A DNA stretch of 64,000 bases from Corallochytrium limacisporum Hawaii (GCA_002811645.1 PDIP01000130.1:41775-105774); one strand, 5' to 3'; shown: positions 10,476 through 21,548, counted from the first letter of the stretch. The notes: generated by a model from the sequence alone, not told the origin. A program made the numbers and translations.

Positions 10476-11789
10476 ATGGGGGTAAAGCGGGCAGCATCGC
10501 CCGCAGATGGCCAAGGGACGGCAGTGACCACTCACAAGCGTCAGCCTATACAAGGACAAGATGCAACCTCTGGAGCTACCGCGGACCACAACAGTATATG
10601 GGAACTCCTGGACTCATTCATGCGCGAGTGTTTGAAGGAAATGGGCTTTGATACCCTCGAATTGGCGGCACGAATCACTTTAGATCCCAGTCGAGTGGCC
10701 GAGCGCACAAACATCTATGCCATTGAACGCATCTTGAGGGATGAGGCAGCTGAAGACAGCACATTCTTACCAAACCTTGGAGCACCACGGTCCCTGGCCA
10801 ACAGTGGAGCCCGTTTCCACTTTAGACCGGGACACATTGCCCAGCTAGAGAACTTTCTGGCGGCCATTGAAGAGGCAGGCTTATCATCGCGTTCATCGAC
10901 GCTGATGAGAACATCATCTTCGAGTACATTGGCGAAATCTGGGATGCCAGTGAGTGCAGGTGCTGCTGATCCAGTAGGCGCACCCTCGCCTGGTGCTGTC
11001 GCAAACAACAACCACACACCCCACGCTGTGCCTGCAGCACCACAGAGTCAACACTGGCAACCTGGTACCCCTGTCGACCACTCACAACAAGCACAGTCCA
11101 CACATGGCGGCAACGGCCCTGAGGCAGTACCTGTGGGCCCAACCGCCACTTACGGCGTTCCACCTGCCTCTTCGGGGCACACAGCAGTAGCTGGAATCGC
11201 GCACTATCACCATTATCCGAGCCACCATGGTACCAGTAGTGGCGGCAGCACTGCTGCAACGCCCATGGTTGGCGGCCATGCCTACACTGCCGGCACGGAT
11301 GCAGACCGTAGGCGGTGGCGGGTTGTGCCTGTGCGCTCCAACACGGCGGGAGGCCCTGGGCTCCAGCGCGTGCACTATGCGAACGCTCCATTAGACAATG
11401 CTGATATGCGCAACCGCGTGACGGAGTTAGTGGCCACTCAGGTGCAGCTGCATATTGCACAGAACTTTGATGAGCACTGGGTCCTCGGAACCGACTATCG
11501 CCTGGATCTCTTTGCCAATCCAAACGCACCTGACCGTCTATGTGCTGCAATAGACTGCAAGTGCGGTGCTAAATGCAGCCTCGGGTGGCAGACGAATTCT
11601 AAGCCGGCAATGGGCAATTTTCACCGTCACACCAAAGCCTGCCGTGCCATTGATGAGCAGAAGCGCAAGGCCTACTTTGCAAAGAAGAACAAGTTCAGTA
11701 CCACCGGCAAATCGCCTGGTCACACAAATCTGACAACTATTGCCTCGTCCCGGGACCGACCGGCAACTACAGCCAGTGGTGTGGATTGA
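10476..11789 (+). CDS. Orphan, probably nuclear protein with a C-terminal CxC...HxxxC zinc-finger-like motif
   Basis: 437 aa ATG ORF with a bipartite-NLS-like N-terminus (KR...KR), a helical domain ending FRPGH, a low-complexity middle and CKCG...NFHRHTKAC. Confidence 0.75.
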   Translation: MGVKRAASPADGQGTAVTTHKRQPIQGQDATSGATADHNSIWELLDSFMRECLKEMGFDTLELAARITLDPSRVAERTNIYAIERILRDEAAEDSTFLPNLGAPRSLANSGARFHFRPGHIAQLENFLAAIEEAGLSSRSSTLMRTSSSSTLAKSGMPVSAGAADPVGAPSPGAVANNNHTPHAVPAAPQSQHWQPGTPVDHSQQAQSTHGGNGPEAVPVGPTATYGVPPASSGHTAVAGIAHYHHYPSHHGTSSGGSTAATPMVGGHAYTAGTDADRRRWRVVPVRSNTAGGPGLQRVHYANAPLDNADMRNRVTELVATQVQLHIAQNFDEHWVLGTDYRLDLFANPNAPDRLCAAIDCKCGAKCSLGWQTNSKPAMGNFHRHTKACRAIDEQKRKAYFAKKNKFSTTGKSPGHTNLTTIASSRDRPATTASGVD

Positions 11790-12402
11790 GGACATCGCCT
11801 TTCGTTAAGAAAAACCTGAAACATATAAACATCACTGTGAATAGCGAAAAGACTATTTCGTGCCAATAGCAACGATGATGAACACTGTGCAAACGTAAAT
11901 GACTACTACATTCGTATTCCCCACCAGCTTTCCCCCAAGCAATTTAAATAGGCCCCCAACGGAATCGGATCCTCGAAAGACGGAAAGGGAGACCTAACCC
12001 ATATCGCACTGGAGAAAGGGAAACTCAGTGATTGTGTGTGTTGTGTGTGCGCGGGCAGCGGATTCTTGCGGGACTGAAATCAGCGCCCCGGCTCGGAAAG
12101 GAGGGCCCAGAGCGCGCCCAATGGTCGGGCAATGGTTAAGTAAAGGAGGGCGGTGCCACGGAGTGGCTGTTTCCACTGTGTTTTGGCAAAGGGATATGAC
12201 AGCTGGGAGACACCTGGGCAGGTAGGTCAGGAAGAGTGGGTATAGAACATGAAGCGACTTTACAGTGCATAACTATTCATGCATTGTGTGTTAATCAAGT
12301 TGCGACCAAAAGCTTCGGGTGTGACAGAGTCCAACCATTTTTGTTAACCCCCCATACCCTAAAGCAAAGTCGATATAGCACACTCACATATACCCAAGAA
12401 TC

Positions 12403-13017
12403 ATGACACAGTATTCGGGAGTGAGTGGTGAGATGGCCCAGGGTGAAATGCAGCAAGGTGGTTTGGATGCTGGAACTCTGGATGAGCCCATCTTGGATAC
12501 AGTGAAGCGTGACGTGTACATGGTTCTGACAAAATTCAAGTACGTGCTCAAACCCGCACCTGGTGATAAGAATTTGCTTCATGATTGGGATCTGTGGGGT
12601 CCTTTGATCCTTTGCATTACTCTGGCCATTTCGCTACGTGGAGGAGCCAAGGAAGGACAGGAAGGTCTAGTTTTCTCCGGAATTTTTGTTATTGTCTGGT
12701 GTGGCGCTGGCATAGTTACTTTGAATGCGCGGTTGCTGGGGGGTACACTTAGTTTCTTCCAGAGCGTCTGCGTGCTCGGGTACTGCATCTTGCCCCTGAC
12801 CATCGCAGCACTGCTGAACTTCCTGATGGCCTTGAGCTGGGTAACGTACTACATTATCAGACCCATCCTGATCCTTCTGGCTCTGATCTGGAGCATTTAT
12901 GCCAGTCTGGGTTTCCTCGGAGTGACACAACCTCCGAACCGCAAGGCTCTCGCCGTGTATCCAATCTTTTTGTTTTACTTTGTCATTGCATGGCTGGTGC
13001 TTATACAACCACGGTAG
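12403..13017 (+). CDS. YIPF6: Yip1-domain Golgi membrane protein (YIPF6/Yip4-like)
   Basis: TLDEPILDTVKRD, DWDLWGPL, SFFQSVCVLGYCILP and RKALAVYP motifs; five TM segments. Confidence 0.93.
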   Translation: MTQYSGVSGEMAQGEMQQGGLDAGTLDEPILDTVKRDVYMVLTKFKYVLKPAPGDKNLLHDWDLWGPLILCITLAISLRGGAKEGQEGLVFSGIFVIVWCGAGIVTLNARLLGGTLSFFQSVCVLGYCILPLTIAALLNFLMALSWVTYYIIRPILILLALIWSIYASLGFLGVTQPPNRKALAVYPIFLFYFVIAWLVLIQPR

Positions 13018-13194
13018 TTTGATCAACAATTCTTTTTCGACACTTGAAACATGATAGGAAACACATCCATTACAGAAATCTCACTCACTCAACATTTGTC
13101 ACATCACAGACTGATTGGCTTTTGCCATCGGGTATTCCCTTTATACACATAAACGAAGAGACTGACTTTCCAATAGGTTAGAGAATGTCATGAT

Positions 13195-14352
13195 TCACTC
13201 TCCATCATCTGAGTCCTCCAGGTCCAACAGCATGGGTCTCTTTTTACTCTCACCGCCAACTGCAGCGGCCGCCGGTGCTGGGGCAGCCTTCGACGGCGAA
13301 GCGAACGCAAGCAACGACACCGGTGCCGCCGTCTCGCCAGTCTTTGCAACGCCTCCACTCCCAAAAAGGCCTCCGCCACCACCGCTGAAGAGCTTTCTAC
13401 TAGCAGCAGCGGCCGCAGCAGAGGCACCTGTCGCGGCCCCGCCGGCCGTGGTAGCCGCCTGTGCTTTGGATGGAGACTTCCGGACTGAAGGACTCCATTT
13501 CTTTTGGGACTCGGAGATCGATGCCACTCCTGCTGTCTTGCCTGGGGCCTTGCTCTCTGGTATTACTGATGAGAACAAAGCGGCTCTTTTCGCGGGTGGT
13601 GGACCAGTGGTCGATGCAGGCCTGTACCCTTCAGCCTCGTCCTCTCTTTCTGGGCGTTTCGTGCCTCCCAAAGCCTTTCCCAATGTCTCGCTGAAATCCC
13701 ACTCTACAAAGTCATGCTTCTCCCGGAACTGGTCGCCTTCTTCAGCGCCAATATTCATGGCACGGGTGACAGTGCCATCGCTCTCATCGATGAGATCTTT
13801 GGGCAGGGACATGGGTTCGTCCAGCGGGTTTTCTTCGGCAGTGCCGAGGTAAACGCACCGTGTGAAGACTACAACATCTCTGAAGATACCGTCGATTAGC
13901 ATACCGGTATTGCCGCTCGGGACGGTGGTGATTAAATTGCGCTTAAGATGCACAAGTGTGCCAGAGAACCTTAGTCGTTGTTTACCGAATAGTTCAATCG
14001 TCATTTCCGGATTGGGTGTGTTCATCTTGGCCAGCTTGCCAATGGATTCCCCACCGATCGGTTCAAATTTCCCCGGGAACGCAAAGAGGAATCTCTTCTT
14101 GTTGCTACTTTTCTTTACAATGTCCTTGCCATCCATCTGTGTAAGATGCTTGGGAATGTCAATGCCATCATCACCTTCAGTGACAGTGGCGGTCGTCCTG
14201 CTCAGAAACAGGTGGTTGCCCAAGGCTTCCTTTTGGATTTCTTTCGAGAACTGTTCCTGGCGTTGTTTGGCCAGCTTCTCTTCTTCCATTTCATGATTGG
14301 CACTGTCGACAGCAGCAGTCGCCAAAGTTTTCTCTTTCTTAGGTGCTGGCAT
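13195..14352 (-). CDS. RHL1: RHL1-like protein (topoisomerase VI accessory subunit homologue)
   Basis: DGKDIVKK..K.RFLFAFPG...IGKL..M.TPNP...RL...GTL...F...VVF....LGT.EENP.....PK.L matches the plant RHL1 core as I recall it; low-complexity C-terminal tail. Confidence 0.8.
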   Translation of the reverse strand: MPAPKKEKTLATAAVDSANHEMEEEKLAKQRQEQFSKEIQKEALGNHLFLSRTTATVTEGDDGIDIPKHLTQMDGKDIVKKSSNKKRFLFAFPGKFEPIGGESIGKLAKMNTPNPEMTIELFGKQRLRFSGTLVHLKRNLITTVPSGNTGMLIDGIFRDVVVFTRCVYLGTAEENPLDEPMSLPKDLIDESDGTVTRAMNIGAEEGDQFREKHDFVEWDFSETLGKALGGTKRPEREDEAEGYRPASTTGPPPAKRAALFSSVIPESKAPGKTAGVASISESQKKWSPSVRKSPSKAQAATTAGGAATGASAAAAAASRKLFSGGGGGLFGSGGVAKTGETAAPVSLLAFASPSKAAPAPAAAAVGGESKKRPMLLDLEDSDDGE

Positions 14353-15020
14353 GGTGGGCTATAGCTCTTGTGGTCCGCCGATGCTTTCGTCCGCTCAAAC
14401 CATGGCTGCTATTCTTGGTGTCATTCACTATGTTTGTTCCTCGCAAAGTTCGTATTCGGTCAGGTACAGCTGAATAGCATTGATCCTCCTTCACAGAAAT
14501 AGCACGTCTCTAGACAAGCCAACTAGGATTCCCATCCAAGAAAACGGTGGCGGATGTGAATTCGACTTATGCCAGTGTTTTGTCTGGTGCGTGTTGTCTC
14601 GGGCAGGCCAGCCATCGGCTTTTTCTTTTCGCGCCCGTACTCCCTCCCAGAATTCGGTGCTGGAAAGAAAAGGGAGCGGGGGCCTGCCTGGAGGCGTAGG
14701 GATAATCCGGTTTCCACTTTCCGGGTGAATGTGACGAAGGGTTCTGCTCAGAAACTCACCACCTCATGACTGGAAGGGATACGGAAGTAGATACCCATCA
14801 TCTGGTCAGGGAGGACTGCCTCTGTAAAGCAGTACAGCAGTGGGTGCAGAGGTTCAATCCAGTACCATACCAGCACTTATCTGCCAAGAGAAGCCATTGA
14901 AAGTTGCTTAAGCTCGAGATCAAGAGCAGCATCAGTGAAAGTGAGCGAAATCTGTAATAATTGTAGAAATACGTTCTTTATTTGTACCGGTTGATTGTCT
15001 ACTATGCATCACTGATCAAT

Positions 15021-15257
15021 TTATTCTTCCCCAAGCCAACGGGCTCTCCGATGTTCCCTGAGACTGGTAGAGTACATGCGCTGGCACTCCTTGTACTCTT
15101 CAAAGACCCTTTCGCATGCAGTCCGATCATAATCATTCATGTCCAGGCATTTGTAGCTTGCTTCTCGGAACTCGTCGCAAGGACCAGCCGCTGCCTTGCG
15201 CTTTCCTGGGTCCTGGTTGCGGACAACTTTGCGCGGTTTGTATTCTGACTCACCCAT
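15021..15257 (-). CDS. COX23: Twin CX9C mitochondrial intermembrane-space protein (Cox23/CHCHD7-like)
   Basis: PC-DEFREASYK-CLDMNDYDRTAC-ERVFEEYKE-C twin CX9C motif; 78 aa. Confidence 0.85.
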   Translation of the reverse strand: MGESEYKPRKVVRNQDPGKRKAAAGPCDEFREASYKCLDMNDYDRTACERVFEEYKECQRMYSTSLREHRRARWLGEE

Positions 15258-15706
15258 TGGTCCTTCGTTATTTACTTGGGCGTAAATTCAATAGTACGTA
15301 GGAGGAAGGATTTGCTACAATCATCTAGTAGTGTTTCATAGCTTAACCGTGCCCAGACAAACAGTAAGTCATACCGGGCGCACCATTCCTCCGGGAGCGG
15401 TGGATTCGTCACCTGCACTGGGGGATGACCGTCGGGGACCACCGCCGAGAGCAGGCCCCGAGAGAGGTTAAGGGGTGGGGGAGGGAAGGGGAATGATGTC
15501 TGCAGCTGTGCGGAGACCAGTTGGGAATAGAACCAGGCAGGGGGTTTACACTACAGGAAACACTACAGCTTAACAATGAGACCGAAGGACTATGATCACG
15601 CTTGCATACGCGGTAGGGCAGTTCTTTAATTTTTCTTGAACAGGATGGGATTCTAATGCATGGAAAGAGAGCGAGAGAGTACGCTTGGGAGAGAACTGGA
15701 TTCCTG

Positions 15707-17149
15707 TCATCCCTTCACATCAACCTGTTCTTCTTCATCGTCCTCCTTGAGAGCATTCACCCCTGACTTATAATCCTCGTAGTTCTCAGTCTTCATGTCT
15801 GCAACGCCGAGCTCAATGTTTTGCTCGGGACTCCGCTCGTACTCTTCAATGGTCATCTCTGGGTCAGGGTCCGGGGCGTATAGGTTCTGTACGTGCGAGT
15901 TACCAGCCATGTCATCGAGAATGAGAGTAAATGGAGTGTTGCCTTCCTTGATCTTCTCTAGATCGCTGAACAGCTTGTCAAACTTCGTCTTGGTCTCCTT
16001 CTGATCCTGAGCAGCAGAGTCACCGAAGCCAAATGGGTTGGCCTTGCCTAGGTTTTCCTTGAAATCATCCAATAGACCCTCAATGGTGGTGAATTTTCCA
16101 CCCAGAGTACCTGGTCCCGCATACATACCTATTTCCGGAATCTCCACGCTTGCGTCCGGTCCCTTTAGAATATCACGGGCCAGATCATCCTCGTTGGTAA
16201 TCTTCAAGGTGATTTTGCGTCCCTTCGGCTCGATTCCACCACCAGCCTTTACTTCGTTGCTCTTGTATCCACAGTGGTCACAGTTCTGGGCAAAGAGGAC
16301 AACTTCCTTGAAGTACGGGATGTCTACGAGCTTCATACGAACATCAGTATCCTTGCCACAGCTTGTGCATGGCTGGTGGAAGGTCATGACTTCGTCCCGC
16401 CCGATGCGACCCACGTCACCGCGGTCAAACTCAGCCTCCTGCTCCTCTCTCATTCGCGCAGCATCATCGTCTGTAATCAGCCCCAACTGCTGTAACTGGT
16501 CTACATTGCGGTTGTACTCAACCACTTTGCGACGCGGATGATCCTTTGGTGCCATTGGATTCTCCAGATAACTATTTCCGGCAGGATCGTCAATAATCAG
16601 AGTAAACGGTTCCTTGACGTCCTTCAATGCTCGAATCTTGGAAATGAATTCGTCTATCTGTGCCGCGATATTCTCATCCTGAGCACGACGCAGGGGCTGT
16701 AGACCTTCCAAATCACTGGCAGCCTTCTCAATCAAACCTTCAACGTTGGTAATGACACCCTTCTGAGTATTTGGAGGGATCTCAAACTGAAGCTCTGGTA
16801 TGCTCACGGTGGCACTATCGCTTTTCACCACCTGCAGATCCATGTCCTCCACCTCAGTTATCTTGTAAGTGATCTTCATACCCTTCTCGGCCACTACACC
16901 ACCACTCTGGACCTCTTGGTTACGATATCCACAGTGCGGGCAATCGAAGGCCATAACTATAACCTCTTTGAAGAAGGGAATCTTGGTGAGCATCAACCTC
17001 GTCGTACCCTGCTCATGACAGTTCATGCACAGACTAGGGATCTCCGCCGGTCCAGCATCCGGATTCAAATCTACATATATGGGCTCAGGGGCCTGTGTCA
17101 TGGTTGCTTCTCCAGAACCCTGAGTATGATGATGGTCTCCTTCAGCCAT
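15707..17149 (-). CDS. ZPR1: Zinc finger protein ZPR1
   Basis: Two tandem ZPR1 modules (CMNC..IPFFKEV..CPHC and CTSC..IPYFKEV..CDHC) with DDPAGNS and DDMAGNS. First in-frame ATG is at 17149. Confidence 0.96.
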   Translation of the reverse strand: MAEGDHHHTQGSGEATMTQAPEPIYVDLNPDAGPAEIPSLCMNCHEQGTTRLMLTKIPFFKEVIVMAFDCPHCGYRNQEVQSGGVVAEKGMKITYKITEVEDMDLQVVKSDSATVSIPELQFEIPPNTQKGVITNVEGLIEKAASDLEGLQPLRRAQDENIAAQIDEFISKIRALKDVKEPFTLIIDDPAGNSYLENPMAPKDHPRRKVVEYNRNVDQLQQLGLITDDDAARMREEQEAEFDRGDVGRIGRDEVMTFHQPCTSCGKDTDVRMKLVDIPYFKEVVLFAQNCDHCGYKSNEVKAGGGIEPKGRKITLKITNEDDLARDILKGPDASVEIPEIGMYAGPGTLGGKFTTIEGLLDDFKENLGKANPFGFGDSAAQDQKETKTKFDKLFSDLEKIKEGNTPFTLILDDMAGNSHVQNLYAPDPDPEMTIEEYERSPEQNIELGVADMKTENYEDYKSGVNALKEDDEEEQVDVKG

Positions 17150-17923
17150 TGTCGCGGTTACTCTGTTTCTATGACCAAATACAAACACTAATCAATGGTT
17201 GACACAGACAAGATAGTATGCTCTGCGTGAGTTTTCAGCATCAAATAGCAGCTGGCAGACAACAGATGACGTACATGGGTCCCTTGTTCAGAAGGACTGG
17301 GCTCATGAAGAGTGACTGACCCAGGACCGGTTCGGCACACCCACCACGCGAGTCCGTCTCTCCGCCACCCGAAGAGGGAATTGTGTGAGAGTTCCTCACG
17401 AACGGCCGCGAAAGGTCGGGAAGGTTTGCCCCCGTCTGGCCTTATGGCTCGTACCTCGAAGGAGCTGAAATGAACCCCAGCGGGGGCGGGGGAGGGAGCA
17501 ATTTTCGCGATTTGTGCTTGAAGTTGCTTCCCTGTGGGCCGGGCCTCACTGGCTACCCATCTGGCAGTGTGTGCCAATACCAAACGGGACACCCGCTCCC
17601 GCTGTGGGAGCTCTGAATTCAACTAATTCTCGAAATGTAGGGTTTCAGTTTCAATTCTAGATGACCCGTAGAAGGGTCCGTAGGAGAGAGTGTGAGCGGG
17701 AAGAGATTAGGACGCGTGCCCGGGTGACGAAGAAGTTCAGGCGTGTGTAAGACCCCTACGAGATTCGTGGGTGAGTTTATCTCTCTGGTGAAGATACTTA
17801 ATGAACATATCATGTTCTGTGTCCTTCCAAAGTAGGACCGTACACCAGTGCCAGCCATTACTGTCAGTGGCCACCTCGCAGGGACGAAAGTGGAGGTTAA
17901 TAGAAGCAGCGGAGGACAGAACC

Positions 17924-19354
17924 ATGGCAATCCTGACAACAAGCACCGCCATGAAGGTAGGTGCCTCCTTGGGTGGGTTGTTATTCGTCCTTAAGGTCTT
18001 TGGCAACTGGTATCCTTGGGCGTCTGCACCGCACCGCTACGTTCGAACAAGAACACTTGACCCGACCTACCAGAGGGTTGTTCAACTTTTTGAGAAGCGC
18101 ATAGAACGTGGGGAAGATCTCGGTGCCACAGTCTGCGTCTACAAAGACGGGAAAAAAGTCGTAGATGTGGCTGGTGGTTCAAAGGGCCGGAAACCTGACG
18201 CCAGTGAGTACAGCCACGAAACTCTGCAGCTTCTGTTCTCAACCACAAAGTTCATGGAGTCCGTGTGCATTGCCATTGCGGTGGATAGGGGCTATCTGAG
18301 GTATGAGGAACCGATATGCAAATACTGGCCGGAGTTTGCACAAAATGGGAAGGAAAATATCACTGTAGCGGATCTCATGCGTCATGAGGCGTGCCTAAAC
18401 AGGCTCGACCCAATCACTGAGGCCCGTGATCTTTGGATCGAAAACCATGAAGAATTTGGCGCAAAACTCGCCCAGGTAAAGCCGTACGTGCCGTATTTCA
18501 TGAAGAGCAAACTGGCCTACCACGCTGTAAGTCGCGGATTATTTGCCAGCTATTTGCTGTCGCGGGTGGACCCGAAAGGTCGGTCCATGGGTGAATTCAT
18601 GAGGGATGAAGTCTGTGAGCCTCTCGGCCTTGATATCCACTTGGGTACGATGCCCGAAAAGGATTATCAGCGAGTGGCACGCATGACTCTAAAACCGGCC
18701 TGGTACACCCTTTTGCATGTGATTCCACAGATTTTCATGCCATCGTGGATGGCACGGTTGATTTACAACTTTAATGTCGTCCCTGACCTTGACAAAAGCG
18801 CTGTTCGACGCATTCTGTTCCCCTTTACGCACATCCACAAGGCAATTATGGAGCCGTTCCCGCTTCCAGTAAAGTCCCTGGTCAACTTTGTGGGTCATTT
18901 CCATGGTGAGGATTGGTTCAAGGTCAATTCAGCCTCTGGCCATGGGTTTGGCAATGCGTCGTCAGTTGCACGCCTAGCACAGTGCATTGCCAATGGTGGC
19001 GAACTTGACGGTGTGCGCATCCTGAGTAAGGAAACTCTAGAACGATGCAATCAACATGAAGGCCCCAAGTTCTGTGATGTGATGCGTGGATATTTCACTT
19101 TCACCGACGCAGGGTGGGCCTATTTCGAGGAAGGTAACAACGAAACAGGCATCATGGGCTATGGATGGATGGGAATGGGGGGCTCCTACGTAATCTTCAT
19201 CCCCGAACTCAACATGTCATTCAGCTATGTCATGAATAGCTTTGGTCTGGGCGTTGTTGGAGAATACCGTGGAAAGGACCTGCTCTGGTTGGCAATAGAG
19301 GCTGCCCGAAGCGTTCAGGCTCCAACGAAGGGTTTATCTAACCGCCGAGTATAA
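17924..19354 (+). CDS. Beta-lactamase-family (class C/EstB-like) serine hydrolase with N-terminal membrane anchor
   Basis: Catalytic FSTTK (SxxK), YWPEFAQNGKENITVADLMRH, AYHA and GWMGMGGS. Start at accATGg 17924; an alternative ATG lies at 17801. Confidence 0.9.
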   Translation: MAILTTSTAMKVGASLGGLLFVLKVFGNWYPWASAPHRYVRTRTLDPTYQRVVQLFEKRIERGEDLGATVCVYKDGKKVVDVAGGSKGRKPDASEYSHETLQLLFSTTKFMESVCIAIAVDRGYLRYEEPICKYWPEFAQNGKENITVADLMRHEACLNRLDPITEARDLWIENHEEFGAKLAQVKPYVPYFMKSKLAYHAVSRGLFASYLLSRVDPKGRSMGEFMRDEVCEPLGLDIHLGTMPEKDYQRVARMTLKPAWYTLLHVIPQIFMPSWMARLIYNFNVVPDLDKSAVRRILFPFTHIHKAIMEPFPLPVKSLVNFVGHFHGEDWFKVNSASGHGFGNASSVARLAQCIANGGELDGVRILSKETLERCNQHEGPKFCDVMRGYFTFTDAGWAYFEEGNNETGIMGYGWMGMGGSYVIFIPELNMSFSYVMNSFGLGVVGEYRGKDLLWLAIEAARSVQAPTKGLSNRRV

Positions 19355-20027
19355 ATTTGGCCCTTGAGCATGAGAGTGGGCACAAGACATATAATAAAGA
19401 GAGCATGGGAAATAGTCCAACGTTACCGCTCTTCATGTGCAAGTGTCTTACTTAGAAACACCCTCTGAAGATAGATCTGCAGTTCCTCTGATTCTCATCC
19501 ACGATGAATCTCCCCCTGTCCCCTTCCCCGTTCCCCCTCCCCCCTTTTTTTCTAATTTTTCCTGTCCACACTCGAGAACTTCTACAAGAGTTTTTGCCGC
19601 GGCGACTGGTGACTATAACAGAAGCCAGGGAGATCGCTTTGGCCGACGAAATCATCCCCTTTTGCGTACAGGGTTATCCAATGCATGAAACTGGTCGCAC
19701 ACTGCAGTGGAGACGACGGGGATCAATAGGTGGGCACTGGGGGTGGGGTACTCTACGCACCTCGTTGCCTATTCTTCGGGGCTGTTCCTTTTCGGGGGGT
19801 ATAGGAAGAATTCGTCATGAGGGGGGTTTGGGGCGCTCTACCTATGCTGAGATCACTCGCGAGACACACTCTTCGGCACACACCACCTGATCCCAGACTT
19901 TCCGGATATCCAGTCTGCAGAGATATTTGAGGACTGAGTATGCATGTTGCCATAATTTCGCTTTCATCAATGGCTAGGTCTCGAATGGGATGCAACAGAA
20001 TAGCTGATCTTCTGTAGGGTACAAGCC

Positions 20028-21548
20028 ATGGGCCTTCTCACCGAAACGTTTTCTTCCGGAGGACTCGTTGCGGGCGTGGCGGTCGCTGTGATCACTGTTG
20101 CTGTAGTGCGATTCTTTGTGCATTTCAGACCGCTGTTCAAAATTCCAACGATCCATGTACACAATCCGAATTTGATGCCTTATCTGCCTCTGGAATGGTA
20201 TCCGTGGTTGACAAAGAATGCTAGGGACCTGGGTGGTATTTACGTCGCATGGAGTGGACCAATGCCTTTAGTATTCATACAGGACGCAGACTATGCAGCG
20301 CCTATCTTCCGATCTCAGGTGAACATCCGTAAGTCACTCGGACAGGAAAACTTCAGAATGACTCTCGGCCAAGGGCTGCTCACCAATACTGGGGATACCT
20401 GGAAGTTCCACAGACGAGGCCTGACCCCAACCTTCCACTTTGACGTGCTGAAGGACTACATGCAGCCCATGCAGGACTGCATAGACTTGTTTACGGAGAT
20501 TTTGACTCGAAAGTGCCATGGCGCGAAAGGCAACATTGACCTTTTCCCCATGGTACTCAACATGACCTTGGACATTTTCAATCGAACATCCATGGATCGA
20601 ATCACTGATGTGCAGACTGCTGACTTCAATGCATTCAGTCATGCCTTTGAAACATGCAACATCATGCTGTCTCGAAGGATAGGCAATCCTCTGTACACTT
20701 TGTCCGAGGCGCTTTGGCTGACCACGGCCGACGGTAAGGAATGCAGGCTCCACTCTGATGTCATCGATGACATTTGTAGCAAGGCAATTATGGACCGGCG
20801 GCTCCAATTTGAAAACGGTGAAGTTGAGTTGGATGTGAGCGGTCTTCGCCTCAAGAAGGGACGTATTTCTTTCATTGACCTGCTGATCACGTCGAAGAAA
20901 GAAGACGGTGTAACCAACCTGTTTACACACGAGGAGATTATGGACGAGGTCCGCACTTTCATGTTTGCTGGCCATGACACAACTGCGGTGACTATCGCCT
21001 GGATGCTCTGGGAGATTGCCCAACAAAGTCATATCCAAGAACACCTACAAGAAGAAATTGATGAGTTTCTGTTCAGTGGTGAGATAACTTTCGAACGCCT
21101 GAAAGATCTGCCTTACATGGACGCGTGTATCCGTGAGGCAACCCGCAAATACCCTGCTGCGACCATCATCACCCGCAACATTGAGCAAACCATGGATGTC
21201 CAGGAATACACCTTGCCAGCAGGTACCCAGGTCCTGTTCTTCATGCCAGGCATTATGAACAATCCGAAGCATTGGAAGAACCCGCAGAAGTATAATCCGG
21301 ATCGGTTTATTGGAGCGGACTGTGAGGTCAACTCTGTGAAGAACCCGATGGCCATGGCACCCTTCAGTGCCGGTCCACGGAATTGTATTGGACAGAAGTT
21401 TGCCATGCAGATCATGCGTCTGTTCACCATTACGTTCTTTTCCAAATTTTCCATCACCACTGACATCACAGACAATCCCTACGAGATGGTCGTCGTGGGT
21501 AAACCACACAAGGGCGTGCCAGTTACCGTGGCAGCTCGAACGGCCTAG
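20028..21548 (+). CDS. Cytochrome P450, CYP4-clan-like
   Basis: N-terminal TM, EVRTFMFAGHDTT I-helix, EATR (ExxR), PDRF and heme-binding FSAGPRNCIG. Confidence 0.95.
   Translation: MGLLTETFSSGGLVAGVAVAVITVAVVRFFVHFRPLFKIPTIHVHNPNLMPYLPLEWYPWLTKNARDLGGIYVAWSGPMPLVFIQDADYAAPIFRSQVNIRKSLGQENFRMTLGQGLLTNTGDTWKFHRRGLTPTFHFDVLKDYMQPMQDCIDLFTEILTRKCHGAKGNIDLFPMVLNMTLDIFNRTSMDRITDVQTADFNAFSHAFETCNIMLSRRIGNPLYTLSEALWLTTADGKECRLHSDVIDDICSKAIMDRRLQFENGEVELDVSGLRLKKGRISFIDLLITSKKEDGVTNLFTHEEIMDEVRTFMFAGHDTTAVTIAWMLWEIAQQSHIQEHLQEEIDEFLFSGEITFERLKDLPYMDACIREATRKYPAATIITRNIEQTMDVQEYTLPAGTQVLFFMPGIMNNPKHWKNPQKYNPDRFIGADCEVNSVKNPMAMAPFSAGPRNCIGQKFAMQIMRLFTITFFSKFSITTDITDNPYEMVVVGKPHKGVPVTVAARTA

Noticed and set aside
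14801-14870. tRNA- or SRP-like fragments (CTGTAAA, GGTTCAATCC, CAGG...AGCAG)
   Set aside because: The stems do not close into a cloverleaf or an SRP helix 8.
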